Shown here piece by piece: positions 30,694 through 41,548 of a stretch of DNA of 59,527 nucleotides. Both the position numbers and the translations under genes were made by a program. Below the pieces are notes generated by a model. That model saw only the letters and a list, made by a program, of their open reading frames with translations, was not told the DNA's origin and did not search any database. Within the stretch, counting starts at the first letter, position 1. Each line of letters begins with the position of its first letter. The DNA is from Methanobacteriota archaeon (lineage in GTDB: Archaea; Thermoplasmatota; Poseidoniia; Poseidoniales; Poseidoniaceae). The stretch is from contig JAACDG010000072.1 of NCBI GenBank assembly GCA_009937025.1, positions 1 to 59,527 on the forward strand, in the 5' to 3' direction.

Positions 30694-30798
30694 TGTCTCA
30701 CCCGGAGGCAAGCCTCCATGAACACCCACACACCTCCACCCTATCAAGCCGACGCTTGAAAGCGCTGTTAAAAGGCCCGCATTTTACCTTCTTTTTCA

Positions 30799-31761
30799 TC
30801 AACGGAAGGAGTCGGTGATGGCGACCAATTCACGAGCAATACTCACTTCACCCATTGAATGGCCTGCATCGGGAACAAGAATGAGATTACTGTTTGGCAT
30901 TGCTTTGTGCAATTCCCAAGCACTGCGAGCAGGGCACACCACGTCGTATCGGCCTTGAACAATATTTGTCGGGATATGTTGAATGGTTTCGACGTGATTG
31001 AGGATATGGGCTTCTTCAAGGAAAATAGCATTGATGAAATAATGGCATTCAATTCGAGCGAAGGCGACTGCAAAATCAAGGTCTTCGGCTTTTTCAAGAT
31101 ACGAATCGTCAGGGAACAGGCGACTGGTTGCCATTTCCCAACGTGTCCATTCCTTTGCTGCAGCACGTCGAATGTTGACATCTTCGCTGGTGAGACGCGT
31201 GTGATAGGCTTTGACGAGGTCTCCTTGTTCTTGCTGAGGAATATGTTCACGGTAAGCCTCAAATGCATCTGGGAATATATGGCTCGCTCCATCTTGATAG
31301 AACCATTGAAGTTCACTCTTCCGACACATGAAAATACCTCGAAGCATCAAACTAAGTGCGCGTCCGGGGTGCTCTTGAGCATAGACTAAAGCAAGCGTTG
31401 AGCCCCATGAACCACCAAATACATGCCATCGCTCAATTCCAAACGACTCCCGAAGTTGTTCGATGTCACGGACGGATGCTTGTGTGTTGTTTTCAGTCAA
31501 TTCTGCATACGGGGTTGATTTGCCACATCCTCGCTGGTCGAATTGAATAATGTTGTAAGCATTCGCATCGAAGTATTGCCTGTAAGAGGGCTGCCCTCCA
31601 CCTCCAGGTCCGCCATGAATCACGATGACGGGGATGCCATTGGGGTTACCACTTTTCTCCCATGCAATGGTATGCAATTCTGAAACATTCAACATGCCGC
31701 TTTCATAAGGTTCAATCGAGGGATAGAGTACATCAGCGAGGGTTGAAGTAACATCGAGCAT
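30799..31761 (-). CDS. pip: Proline iminopeptidase (S33)
   Basis: HGGPGGG, FDQRGCGKS, GGSWG, GRYDVVCP, DAGHS. Confidence 0.95.
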   Translation of the reverse strand: MLDVTSTLADVLYPSIEPYESGMLNVSELHTIAWEKSGNPNGIPVIVIHGGPGGGGQPSYRQYFDANAYNIIQFDQRGCGKSTPYAELTENNTQASVRDIEQLRESFGIERWHVFGGSWGSTLALVYAQEHPGRALSLMLRGIFMCRKSELQWFYQDGASHIFPDAFEAYREHIPQQEQGDLVKAYHTRLTSEDVNIRRAAAKEWTRWEMATSRLFPDDSYLEKAEDLDFAVAFARIECHYFINAIFLEEAHILNHVETIQHIPTNIVQGRYDVVCPARSAWELHKAMPNSNLILVPDAGHSMGEVSIARELVAITDSFR

Positions 31762-31838
31762 GAAGTTTCCAAAAGTCGGTAACGCATGTTCTTTTCGTAA
31801 TGGACACCTTCTTGGAATGTATCGGCCCGGTTGAGAAT

Positions 31839-32456
31839 ATGAGCCAACGAGATGCCACGGATGTATTCAGCGAATGGGCCGATAAAGGGAAGGATGCAGG
31901 AATGGAGAAAGGGCATGCCCGTTCTGTTCATGCCATGCTTGAACTTGCTGGGATACCGCGTAATTCCCACTATTCCGCCATCGATGTCGGTTGTGGAAAT
32001 GGGTGGGTTTGTCGTACAATCGCTGAAGATAAAATGTGCTCACATGTTGTTGGCGTAGATGGTTCATCACGGATGGTTGAAAAGGCCCATGCTCTTGATG
32101 AACAGGGTGAATATCACCTTGCATTGCTGCCTGATTGGGAGCCTTCTGGACGGTTTGATTTGATTCATAGCATGGAATTTCTTTACTATTTACATGACCC
32201 TCAAACGATGTTGAAACTGTTCAATGAAAAATGGTTGAACAACGGTGGAATGCTTGTTGCAGGTGTTGATCACTACCTTGAGAATGAGAACAGTTTGAGT
32301 TGGCCAGAAGCATTGAATGTGCATATGACGACACTCAGTATTGACCAATGGAAAACAGCGATGGTTGATGCTGGATTTATCGATGTTGAAGTTCATCAAG
32401 TTGGCAAAAAAGAGGGCTTTATTGGAACACTTGTCCTTCTGGGCAAGAAAGGATAA
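31839..32456 (+). CDS. Class I SAM-dependent methyltransferase
   Basis: IDVGCGNGW, VGVDGS, FDLIHSME.LYY. Confidence 0.88.
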   Translation: MSQRDATDVFSEWADKGKDAGMEKGHARSVHAMLELAGIPRNSHYSAIDVGCGNGWVCRTIAEDKMCSHVVGVDGSSRMVEKAHALDEQGEYHLALLPDWEPSGRFDLIHSMEFLYYLHDPQTMLKLFNEKWLNNGGMLVAGVDHYLENENSLSWPEALNVHMTTLSIDQWKTAMVDAGFIDVEVHQVGKKEGFIGTLVLLGKKG

Positions 32457-32457
32457 C

Positions 32458-35400
32458 TCAATCTTCGGAGTCAATGAGACCCAGAGGAGTTCCTTCCGGC
32501 CCGCAAAGGCGTATTTCGCCTCTTGAAAACGGACATTGTGAGCATATATCGGCGGATTCTGCCGGCAAACGCGGTGGTTCTTCGAGAGCATCGGGTATTG
32601 CTGCAAGTTGAGCCATCCAATGGAGGTGGGTGCTCAATGTTGTTTTTGCTTCTGCATATTCGTCATCGGTCAATTGAACCATTCGACCTGAGGCTCCAAT
32701 GAGTAACGATGGAGGGAGCACTCGCCGTCGTTCAGATTCTGGCTTTTGTTGCTCGATGGCTTCCAATGCCACTGAATACAACGTCAATTGTAATCGGTGT
32801 TCGTCTAAAATAGCACGTTCTGCTGATGTTGATGGGAACGGTGCGAGGATGTCTCCTTCGAACGTTTGAAGACGACTGCCGGCACTGGAGTTTTCGGGAT
32901 TGAATACATCTCGACATCCTTTGGTTTTCAAATCAACAACTTGCAAGCAACCTTTTCCTTCGTGGTCTCGTAAAGCCAAAACCAAATCAGCACGGCCATC
33001 GAAGACCACATCAACATGGTCGACAAGGGCTTGTGGACGTGGGCCATCAACTGAGAATGATGTTCGGACGACGCCATCGAAAGCAACATTATGACTGAAA
33101 TAAAAGGGCAGTTCTGTCCTTAATCCTTCGACACAATATCCAAAATGGTTTTCTCCCTTGGCAAATCGACCAAGAAGTCCTTTTCGAACTAGAGTCCCTA
33201 AATGAGCTAAACGTTCAAAGGTCGCTGCAAAGAGTTCGGGGTTTGATTCTCCTTCCGTAATGCCTTCCTCTGCCAATACTCGTCGTATTGTTTTTTCATC
33301 ATCGAGTAGGTCTTTGCCATCATACGTCCATGCTGCAGGTAGTGGCGTTACTGGTGGGGTGTTCATTTGTGAAGGATTTTGTAAACCAATTTCGACCAAT
33401 CGGTGCATAAGTGTTCCAAAGACGGTCGCAGGCGGGTACAGTGAGGCAGGTGTTTGGCCTGTAGCCGGGTTTGAGAACCTGTTCAAAGGTTCTGGATTCC
33501 AACCTCTAACCTCTGACAGCCAATGTCTGCGGGGGCATGCGAAACTCGTATCCAATCCGTGTGAAGTCATCCGCATAATATCACTCACCTGCAAAAATTG
33601 AGCAGGTAGATTTTCTTCCGATGAAATCTTTTCAAGTTGTGCTTCAAGACTGTTCCATTTTTGCAGAGGGGTTTGGACATCAAGGTCTGGAAAACAAGCC
33701 GGAGAATGGTAAAGGTGAATCGATTCAATGGCATCCCCTCCAAGGTATGAATTCTGAATCAACGCGGCTGGATTCAAGGAAAGTTCTGCTTCTTCATACC
33801 GTTTGAGAGGTTCCCCGCAAACATCACCATCGAGAAGCCATGGAGAATCCACTTGACCGTTAGAATGAGAAAGGCTTCTCAATCCATCCAGCCACATTGA
33901 GCCCATTGTCTTCATCGATGGTTTACTCTTCAATTCAAGGTGGTGTGTTTTTGGGTCAATAAGTGCTGTATTATTTGGTGAGCCAACGACAATCAATCGG
34001 TTTTCTACCCGCGTCAATGCAACATAAAATTCTCTTCGCCGTTCGGCTTGACGTTGAGCATGGTCCATGCGTTTGGCGAATTCCCATAGTCCATCATCCG
34101 GCCTTTCTCGAGAGGTCCAAGGATTGATTCGGCCGGCAACAACTTGGGGTGTGACCAATACATTGTTTCGTGCGGCAAGAGATGCATCTGATTTACCTGC
34201 ATGGAATATTCCTGCTACGATTACGACAGGTGCTTGAAGGCCTTTTGCTCCGTGAATAGTCATAATTTGAACAGCCCCACCCGACGGTGTCGTGATTGCT
34301 GATGGACCCTTATTTCCAAGGCCGTTCAAGGCCTTCATTCGGTGGAAAATAGCCGATGCCTCATGACCTAACTCACTTCCAATCGTAGCAGCGAGTGAAC
34401 ACCACGCCTCAGCGTTTTGGCGAGAAGTATCGTCAGGATAAGCGACAAGTAAATCCGAACAATCTAAAACAGTATCAAAGACGTCGTGTATGGCTCCTTG
34501 GTGGACCAAATATTCCATGTGTGCTACCAGTCTTTTCACTGAATCATTCGGCGCATGTTGTTGTATCTTCTGCCACCAAGAGCCTTCTGCGGTTGAGGTG
34601 AGTAATGCATGGGCTTGAGCATCGTTAAAACCAAGAATTGACGAGCGAGCAAGTGATAAAGCGGCATGGCGGGAATGTGGGAAAGCGATCAATTCCAAGC
34701 ACGCAAGAAGTGGGGCGGCAACGGGCCGTTGAAGCAAAGCTCCTTGGCGGTCCGCCATAACAGGTATTCCTCGAGACTGTAATCTTTGAATCAAATCAGG
34801 CATATGCTTCCGTGAATGAACAAGAATGATGATGTCTTCTGGACGAATGTTTTCTTTCTTTGAATCGACCTTTGAATAGGCGAGTTTCTCAGCGTTCCAA
34901 ACTTGAGTTTCTCTGTTTTGAATGAGGGCTTGTAAACGCGCTGCAATCAATTCATGTTCGAGGTGTGCGCTTTTGGCCTTCGGGTCGGCAAAGGTATCTA
35001 TTCGCTTTTGAAGGTCGAACCCTGGTGCTTCAACGCCAATTTGAAGTGGAAGAAGCCATTCGAGAGTGCCTGTATTTGACGAATTTCTGGCTGACCGAAG
35101 TTGTTGGGGTTCTGCGTGCCAATCCCCTGGTAAGACATAATGTCTTGAATCGAAGACGTCGTCGAACATCCCGTTCATTGTTCGAACCAAATTGTGGAGG
35201 GTTCGGTGGTTTGAAGTCAGGTCGATATGGCCAAGTAAGCGACGCTCCCGACGAATTGTGTCTACGGGAGTGAACGTATCTTCATCGTCTTCAAATGCAA
35301 CACTCACGTGTTCCCATAATTTGGATTTGACAATACTTCCATCAATTTCATCGCCCCTGATGAACGATTCGCCTGCACCAACAGGACGAGGGTCTCGTGC

Positions 35401-37413
35401 CTCACCATCACTTCGTAAATGGTTCAAGCGAGGTTCGCTTTGTTCGATGAGATTTGCCTGCTTAATGGCCTCAACTGTTCGTCGCATGACGGTGACTTCT
35501 GCTTGACGGAAACGATAGATACTCTGTTTCATATCTCCGACGATGCAAACGGTTGGGTCCCACGGTCCAAGTGGTCGTTGAGGTTCTTCTGATTCGAGTC
35601 GTCGGTGCCCCCAAAGTCGAGCTAATAAGCGGAAATGGGCGGGGTTTGTATCTTGGTATTCATCGATAATGAACGCTCGATATTGGCGACGAATTGTTTG
35701 AAGCGTGAAGAATCGCCGTTGAAGGTCTTCAAAACACGATTGGTCGTCACCGGCAATTCTCATTGCGCGTGAAATATGTTGATCTGACCAAGGTTCATCA
35801 CCAAGATTGTCAAGTGCATGAACAACTGCTGAAGGGTAGACGTGTCGGACAATGTCAGGGCATCGAGCAAGCAATAAATCAGCAACCAGTTTTTGGATAT
35901 CATCATAATCATGTACAGATTCATGGGCTTTACGAAGTGTCAAAATATCTTGGCACCCACGATGAACAAGCAATAAATCATCGAGCACATTGGTTTGCAA
36001 GTCATGTGAAATCCGAAGTCTTCCCGTTGGCGCAAGGTCGCTGAATGTCGTTGGGACTTCTTGATGACGAAGTTCACAACCTACTGGCATATGCGGTAGG
36101 TCGGAAATTGGGTCCAGTAAGAAAGCACTCTTGCCCAATAAGCATACCAAACGCCCAAGGCGTCCATTGAGTTCAGTGTTCAGGGAATTCGAGAAGGTAA
36201 TGGCCTCTCTTTCAACCGCATCCTTAATGGCTTTTGAAACGCCTTTGGTCGCTGATTTACTCAGCAAACCAGGATGCCATTCTGCACAATGTCGTGCTTG
36301 AGGGAATATGCCTTTGGGCAAATATTTCGGTTCTTCCTCCTCCAATTGGTTCGTAGTCGTTGCAGCAAGGGCACCTTGCCATACCCACTGTAAGCAAGCA
36401 CTGGGTTCAGTTGGCAAAGTTTGGCGGGCCAATGCGTTCATATGGTTAAATCGCGTAAGAGTTGTACCGATTTGTGCTTCGCATGCTTGAACATAATGGG
36501 CTGAATGGCCCTGATAGGCATTGACCCATTGCGATAAAATCCCCTGAACTCTGTGAGCAAAATCGACAACATCGTTGCGAACTGGTTCCAAGAACATGTC
36601 CATCAACACCTCGTGAGGCATTTGTCCTTCTCCCGACCAGTTTACACCCATGGATTGAGCTCGAGCGAGCATTGCATGATGGGCTTCTTCGACGAATAAC
36701 GACTTGCCTAACATTCCACTGAGAACAACTGCTGAACGCTCTTGCCCTCCAAGGAGTATAGCGAGCCTGTTTCTTGCTTCAATAAAAGCGCCAATGTTAC
36801 CACGCACACCTGCTTCATAGGCATCATCGATGGTTCGAATTCGCCATGCAGAATGGAGTGTTTCTTGAACTAAGAGTGGTGAACGTTCTTCCGAAATTTG
36901 TTCACGGCTTACGTGAATGGCCACTAAATCCAAATGCGGTGAAACAAGTTGTGAAAGGAATGCGTCAATGGTGGAAATCGGTGCTTCGTCAAGGGCTGAC
37001 ATCAATGTCTCGATATCCCCTTCTTCTATCCGGGGGTCGAAAATTCCCTCATCATCCCCTTTTTTCAGTGCAGTTGCTCGACTTTGTCCGACGCGATAAC
37101 GGATTCGAGCTTTCAATTCAGCAGCCGCTTTTTTGGTAAAAGTAATGGCAACGACTTCACTTGGCAACAAGCCTTTCCATTCTTTGGGGGAGGTGCGTTG
37201 TCGAGGAGGTGCCCGCAAAAGCCCACTTCCCTTTGGCAACTCCCGAGGACCGGGTGGAAGAATTTGTGTTGCACGTTGTTCTGCAGAAAGAAGATGCTGG
37301 ACGTAGCGCTCAGCCATGACTGTTGTTTTTCCAGTACCGGCTCCAGCATCCAAAGCAATGTGTTTGTCAAGATCTAATCCAAGTCGTTGACTGCGATTGA
37401 AACGGATGGTCAT
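32458..37413 (-). CDS. UvrD/AddA-like SF1 helicase with C-terminal RecB-family PD-(D/E)XK nuclease
   Basis: AGAGTGKT, AITFTKKAA, STIDAF, IDEYQDTN, VGDMKQSIYRFR, MTIHGAKGL, YVALTR; GRADL...VVDLKT, QLTLY; Cys set CPR...CSQC...C. Confidence 0.92.
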   Translation of the reverse strand: MTIRFNRSQRLGLDLDKHIALDAGAGTGKTTVMAERYVQHLLSAEQRATQILPPGPRELPKGSGLLRAPPRQRTSPKEWKGLLPSEVVAITFTKKAAAELKARIRYRVGQSRATALKKGDDEGIFDPRIEEGDIETLMSALDEAPISTIDAFLSQLVSPHLDLVAIHVSREQISEERSPLLVQETLHSAWRIRTIDDAYEAGVRGNIGAFIEARNRLAILLGGQERSAVVLSGMLGKSLFVEEAHHAMLARAQSMGVNWSGEGQMPHEVLMDMFLEPVRNDVVDFAHRVQGILSQWVNAYQGHSAHYVQACEAQIGTTLTRFNHMNALARQTLPTEPSACLQWVWQGALAATTTNQLEEEEPKYLPKGIFPQARHCAEWHPGLLSKSATKGVSKAIKDAVEREAITFSNSLNTELNGRLGRLVCLLGKSAFLLDPISDLPHMPVGCELRHQEVPTTFSDLAPTGRLRISHDLQTNVLDDLLLVHRGCQDILTLRKAHESVHDYDDIQKLVADLLLARCPDIVRHVYPSAVVHALDNLGDEPWSDQHISRAMRIAGDDQSCFEDLQRRFFTLQTIRRQYRAFIIDEYQDTNPAHFRLLARLWGHRRLESEEPQRPLGPWDPTVCIVGDMKQSIYRFRQAEVTVMRRTVEAIKQANLIEQSEPRLNHLRSDGEARDPRPVGAGESFIRGDEIDGSIVKSKLWEHVSVAFEDDEDTFTPVDTIRRERRLLGHIDLTSNHRTLHNLVRTMNGMFDDVFDSRHYVLPGDWHAEPQQLRSARNSSNTGTLEWLLPLQIGVEAPGFDLQKRIDTFADPKAKSAHLEHELIAARLQALIQNRETQVWNAEKLAYSKVDSKKENIRPEDIIILVHSRKHMPDLIQRLQSRGIPVMADRQGALLQRPVAAPLLACLELIAFPHSRHAALSLARSSILGFNDAQAHALLTSTAEGSWWQKIQQHAPNDSVKRLVAHMEYLVHQGAIHDVFDTVLDCSDLLVAYPDDTSRQNAEAWCSLAATIGSELGHEASAIFHRMKALNGLGNKGPSAITTPSGGAVQIMTIHGAKGLQAPVVIVAGIFHAGKSDASLAARNNVLVTPQVVAGRINPWTSRERPDDGLWEFAKRMDHAQRQAERRREFYVALTRVENRLIVVGSPNNTALIDPKTHHLELKSKPSMKTMGSMWLDGLRSLSHSNGQVDSPWLLDGDVCGEPLKRYEEAELSLNPAALIQNSYLGGDAIESIHLYHSPACFPDLDVQTPLQKWNSLEAQLEKISSEENLPAQFLQVSDIMRMTSHGLDTSFACPRRHWLSEVRGWNPEPLNRFSNPATGQTPASLYPPATVFGTLMHRLVEIGLQNPSQMNTPPVTPLPAAWTYDGKDLLDDEKTIRRVLAEEGITEGESNPELFAATFERLAHLGTLVRKGLLGRFAKGENHFGYCVEGLRTELPFYFSHNVAFDGVVRTSFSVDGPRPQALVDHVDVVFDGRADLVLALRDHEGKGCLQVVDLKTKGCRDVFNPENSSAGSRLQTFEGDILAPFPSTSAERAILDEHRLQLTLYSVALEAIEQQKPESERRRVLPPSLLIGASGRMVQLTDDEYAEAKTTLSTHLHWMAQLAAIPDALEEPPRLPAESADICSQCPFSRGEIRLCGPEGTPLGLIDSED

Positions 37414-40400
37414 TGTTCATCACCTCCAAGAGATGCCGATGGGCAAATTTGTCGTACTGAACAATATGAGCAATGTTTGCCCGGGGTAGCGTTGACATGA
37501 CCTTGACGAGCGGTTTCAATGGCTCTACCTGCTGTTCGGATTCGTTCCGAAATCCAAGAACGGAAGCCATTATGCGATGAAAAGTCCTCACCTGGCAAGC
37601 GGTGATGGGTTTGAGTATAGGTCGTCCTCTCTCCAAGTTGACAACCTTCGAGATACTTGAGGATGGATTCATCGAGTTCGACATAGTGAGTTGTCGATTC
37701 TCCGATCTCAGTGACGCCAACGCCAACTACGCGGTCTCCTGGGTGGCTCTTTTCCCATGCTCGAGCATACAACCCAAGTTGTACTTCATCAAACAAACTT
37801 TTGCGGTGTCGATTGCCTTTATCGGATGCTTTCGGACCGTTAACGGTTTTCAAATCACGAATAATTACCAATCGATTTGCTGGTTGTGCTTTTTCAAAAT
37901 GATGTGGAAGCACTTCAGATGCCGCAGTCTTCGCTAATATGCCGTCTGCTCTGGCTTGAATTTGCTGTTCTTGACTGAGAAGAATTGCATCTACTCGGTC
38001 AACGCGGCCTGATAAATTGATTTGAATGGGTTTCCCTTCATCGTCTTTGCCAGCGACTTGAACATGTCTGGACTTACCTTCACTCAACATCCATTCACAA
38101 GCCAAAGGCGCAGATGCCTTCAATTCGAAATCCGCCGAAACCATTCGCCCAAGACGCCCGCTCGGTTCAAGGTCAATCTCACCTTCAAGGTGCATTCGCC
38201 ACTCATTGGGCGTCACGCCAAGCATTTCTCTGCATCGATGTACGGCAACTGCATCGTTACGCGCCAACCAAGGAACTTCACTTCCAAGATATGACAACAC
38301 ACTGCCCCAAAGTTCAGGGATACTTTTCATTGGACCTTGATGAAGAGGAAGGGGGATTTCGACAGCATCAGCTGCTGTGATGACGCCGTGAGCATTCAAC
38401 ATGGCCGCTTCGGCATCGTGAATCATCGTACCTCTCGCTCGGGAATCCACATCTTCGCTTTGGACATCTTCTGGTTCGGCTTTCAATTGCTTATCCATCC
38501 AAGCCATACGTGGGCATTTAAGCCAAGACTGAAGACGGCTTTGGGACCAAGCATCTCGTTTCATTCCTGTTGATTTGAAGCCAAATGTGGCATTCAAAAC
38601 AGAACTTTTCAAATTTAACGCGGGAAGTGGTCGGGGGTCTATGGCTGGACCTTTGAATTTGGAATTGCGTTTCAAACCGAGATGTGGCCAATTTTCTTGC
38701 TGCCTTGAACCGATATTCACTTGTGATGCAGAAGGTTGTAGGACAAGGTCATCGGCACTTACCAAGTGTTCTCGATTATCCCACGTGAAATATTCACCGT
38801 TCTCCAAATCTCTCATCATCGGTTGACGTAGGCTACGGTCGGTTTGAATTTGGATTTCATGAGCCATTGCTAAGGAAGTTGAAGAAAGAACTGAACCACT
38901 CGGTGTATTTCCTTCAAGTAATTCAAGGCCGAGACGTTGACGTTCGTCTCTTCCTCGATGGCCTGCACGGTCCCCAATTGTTCTCCCACCAATCATAGCC
39001 ATGGTGAAGGGCCTTGGAGTAAGCCAAACGAAACCCCCGCCGTGTTCATCTTTCGTCCAATGCCATGTTCGGTGTCGTTGCCCTTCTTGGTGTTCAGAAT
39101 CAGAAAGAAAAGATGGTGCGGGTTGGAATGATGCTAAAGAGCCGTCATGTCGGGTTTCGGTTAACCATTCAGCAAGAGGTGCGCTTGGACCACCACCTTC
39201 CTCCGCACTTGTATCGAAGAAAATGACTTCATGTGCAGCGTTTAACAGATGTCGTAGATGATGTCTCCCTCGCCGAACTGCAAGGTCTGAATTGTAGAGA
39301 CCAAGTTGGATTTGGGCTGGTGCATCAAGCCATGGAACTTTGGAAGTTTTCATCGACCATGAGTTCACATCTAAACCGACCAAGAGTATCAAATCGGCTT
39401 CGACACCGTGTGCTTGCTCAGGTGTAAGAATTTGGATATCTTTACCCCGTGAACGAGAACGAGGCAAGGAGGTTTGGGCAACAAGGCGGTCAAAATAATC
39501 AATGAAAGGTTGGCCCCTTTCAGGAAGTGTATATCCTGCTTTTTCTAGTAAAATCTTAGTTGCTTCATGCGATTCGCGGATGATTTGTAATCCTGCTAGC
39601 GAACGGTCATGCTTTGCAGTTCGGTTGGACAGTTCAATCCAATCGATATGCCCATACATTTGATCAAGCCATTCGACGCCTGAATCTGGTCGAGACGGGA
39701 GAGGGAGGGGGTGTTCCGTTGAACAACCAACTGGATTTGATGGGAGGCGAGAAAGCGTTTCTTGGTCCAACAATGGCGTCCATATTTCCGCTATACAATG
39801 TAACCACCATTGGGTCTCTTCCAATGCCTGGCGAGCACGTTCTATATTCTCACCAAGTTGTGGAGTTGCTTGGGCAAGTGTTCCAAGCCAGCGCAAAAGT
39901 GAGCCGTGGCCCCCCCGTACGTGAAATGAACGAGCTATGTTTTCTAGAATATTCGAATGGGGACGGGGCTTCCATAATGGTTCAGAAGGATGTGAAAGGT
40001 GTTCGACCGCCCCGTTTTCTAAGGGTAAACTTTGGTATTCATACAAGGAACGGAGCCGATGAAGGGACCATGCATCCATGCCATTTCCAAGTTTCATCGC
40101 ACGAGCCAAACCGGCAACTGCAGGTATTTCATCCAACCTTTTCTGTTCATTCCCACATTGATAGCCAAGTGATTCGAGTCGAGAATGCCATTGGTCTTGC
40201 TTTGTATCAGCAGCCCCATCGATGATGAGCACACGACCACCTTGGCTATTGAGCCCGTAGGAGCGAAGTAATTCAATGGCCGCTTCCATCGAATGTGCCC
40301 CTCGTTCCAACGTGATTCTATGCAGTGAAGTGTTTCTCTGCTTGCCCCGACGTGAATACCAATGGATTTCATTCGGTGGCGCCCAGACGTCATGGGGAGG

Positions 40401-41171
40401 TACCCAGTCCGGCAAATTCTCAGAAGTGGAATACTCCCATTCTGCGTCAAACAAGTAGGCTCCGTGGTGTCCGAGACGGAAGGAACCTGCAGAGCATACT
40501 TGATGAATGGGGCGCTTTTTAGAAAGTTCGGCAAAAAAACTACGCTCGCTTTCCGAGTAATCCGGGGCTGAATCAAGAACAAGAATTCCTCGAACATCAT
40601 TGAGAGTAAATGGGCACTCTGAACTCGCTTTTAACGCGTCAATTACTCGAGCGAAGGCATGATGTGGATGGGTGCCACCTAACTTCTCTTCAAGTTCACA
40701 AAGGAGTGTGTCGAATTCCTTTGCCCCGGGGTCTCCATCCCATGACCATGGGTTGTTCAATTGATGCAAAGTTCGATGCAAAGAGAGTATTCTTTCTGTG
40801 TGGTAAGGAGACCACTTGCTCCCTTCAATAGCAGAAAACAAGAGTGGTAACTCGCAGTTTTCAGCTGCACGTTTGGTGTGAGCGTGAATAACAGCAAAGA
40901 TATCCGCATCACTCCCAAACAACGGTGGAAGACCGAGATCGAGTATAAGCAACTGAAGCAGCCTCACTGTCGTCAAATGATGTGTTGTATCGACCGAAGA
41001 ATTGGATTGAGACAGACGGAGTAAGGTTTGGTTCCGGCTTGCTTCATTCGGGTGAAGTACCAAGATATCGTCGGCAACTCCGTTGACAAGAGATTCAAAA
41101 AACCAAGGCGGTAAGTTGTCTCCGGCATCAATCGCTTCAAGCGTGATTGATACTGCCTTTCCATCCCCCAT
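37410..41171 (-). CDS. AddB-like partner: degenerate helicase scaffold plus PD-(D/E)XK nuclease with Fe-S cysteines
   Basis: SQSRLQSWLKCP, GTMIH, GRVDRVD, IRDLKT, QLGLY, HCSYCSVRQIC; no Walker A seen; 4-bp overlap with the helicase. Confidence 0.85.
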   Translation of the reverse strand: MGDGKAVSITLEAIDAGDNLPPWFFESLVNGVADDILVLHPNEASRNQTLLRLSQSNSSVDTTHHLTTVRLLQLLILDLGLPPLFGSDADIFAVIHAHTKRAAENCELPLLFSAIEGSKWSPYHTERILSLHRTLHQLNNPWSWDGDPGAKEFDTLLCELEEKLGGTHPHHAFARVIDALKASSECPFTLNDVRGILVLDSAPDYSESERSFFAELSKKRPIHQVCSAGSFRLGHHGAYLFDAEWEYSTSENLPDWVPPHDVWAPPNEIHWYSRRGKQRNTSLHRITLERGAHSMEAAIELLRSYGLNSQGGRVLIIDGAADTKQDQWHSRLESLGYQCGNEQKRLDEIPAVAGLARAMKLGNGMDAWSLHRLRSLYEYQSLPLENGAVEHLSHPSEPLWKPRPHSNILENIARSFHVRGGHGSLLRWLGTLAQATPQLGENIERARQALEETQWWLHCIAEIWTPLLDQETLSRLPSNPVGCSTEHPLPLPSRPDSGVEWLDQMYGHIDWIELSNRTAKHDRSLAGLQIIRESHEATKILLEKAGYTLPERGQPFIDYFDRLVAQTSLPRSRSRGKDIQILTPEQAHGVEADLILLVGLDVNSWSMKTSKVPWLDAPAQIQLGLYNSDLAVRRGRHHLRHLLNAAHEVIFFDTSAEEGGGPSAPLAEWLTETRHDGSLASFQPAPSFLSDSEHQEGQRHRTWHWTKDEHGGGFVWLTPRPFTMAMIGGRTIGDRAGHRGRDERQRLGLELLEGNTPSGSVLSSTSLAMAHEIQIQTDRSLRQPMMRDLENGEYFTWDNREHLVSADDLVLQPSASQVNIGSRQQENWPHLGLKRNSKFKGPAIDPRPLPALNLKSSVLNATFGFKSTGMKRDAWSQSRLQSWLKCPRMAWMDKQLKAEPEDVQSEDVDSRARGTMIHDAEAAMLNAHGVITAADAVEIPLPLHQGPMKSIPELWGSVLSYLGSEVPWLARNDAVAVHRCREMLGVTPNEWRMHLEGEIDLEPSGRLGRMVSADFELKASAPLACEWMLSEGKSRHVQVAGKDDEGKPIQINLSGRVDRVDAILLSQEQQIQARADGILAKTAASEVLPHHFEKAQPANRLVIIRDLKTVNGPKASDKGNRHRKSLFDEVQLGLYARAWEKSHPGDRVVGVGVTEIGESTTHYVELDESILKYLEGCQLGERTTYTQTHHRLPGEDFSSHNGFRSWISERIRTAGRAIETARQGHVNATPGKHCSYCSVRQICPSASLGGDEQ

Positions 41172-41321
41172 CGGTCTCGCCTCAACACCACCACAGTTGT
41201 CGACTGTTCTTGAAGCCTCTCGGTAAAATTGGGTCCGAACAGCAGTGGAATGTTATATTTCTTGACTTTGTTATGGAAAAAAGGGCCTTTTATGTGCGAA
41301 ATTCGCTCTTTTTGGAATTTC

Positions 41322-41329
41322 TTTATATA
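41322..41329 (+). promoter_or_regulatory. TATA-box-like element in the AT-rich divergent intergenic region
   Basis: TTTATATA within the 41172-41548 gap; a second candidate CTTAAATA near 41411. Confidence 0.35.
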
Positions 41330-41548
41330 CTGTCGAGTGGTTATTTGGGTGTTAGTTTGTTAACATGAACGGTTCATGTTGCGTATATTTTGGTCTTGAT
41401 AGCCGACAGCCTTAAATAAGATGGCTTATCATATAGGTATGCTGAGCCGGAAAAAGCGGCCACACCGAACAAATGGCACTCGCCATCAGAGTCGGTTGGA
41501 CGCGAAAACAAGCTCACAAACCCACCAACAAGAACGGAGATAATAAAT

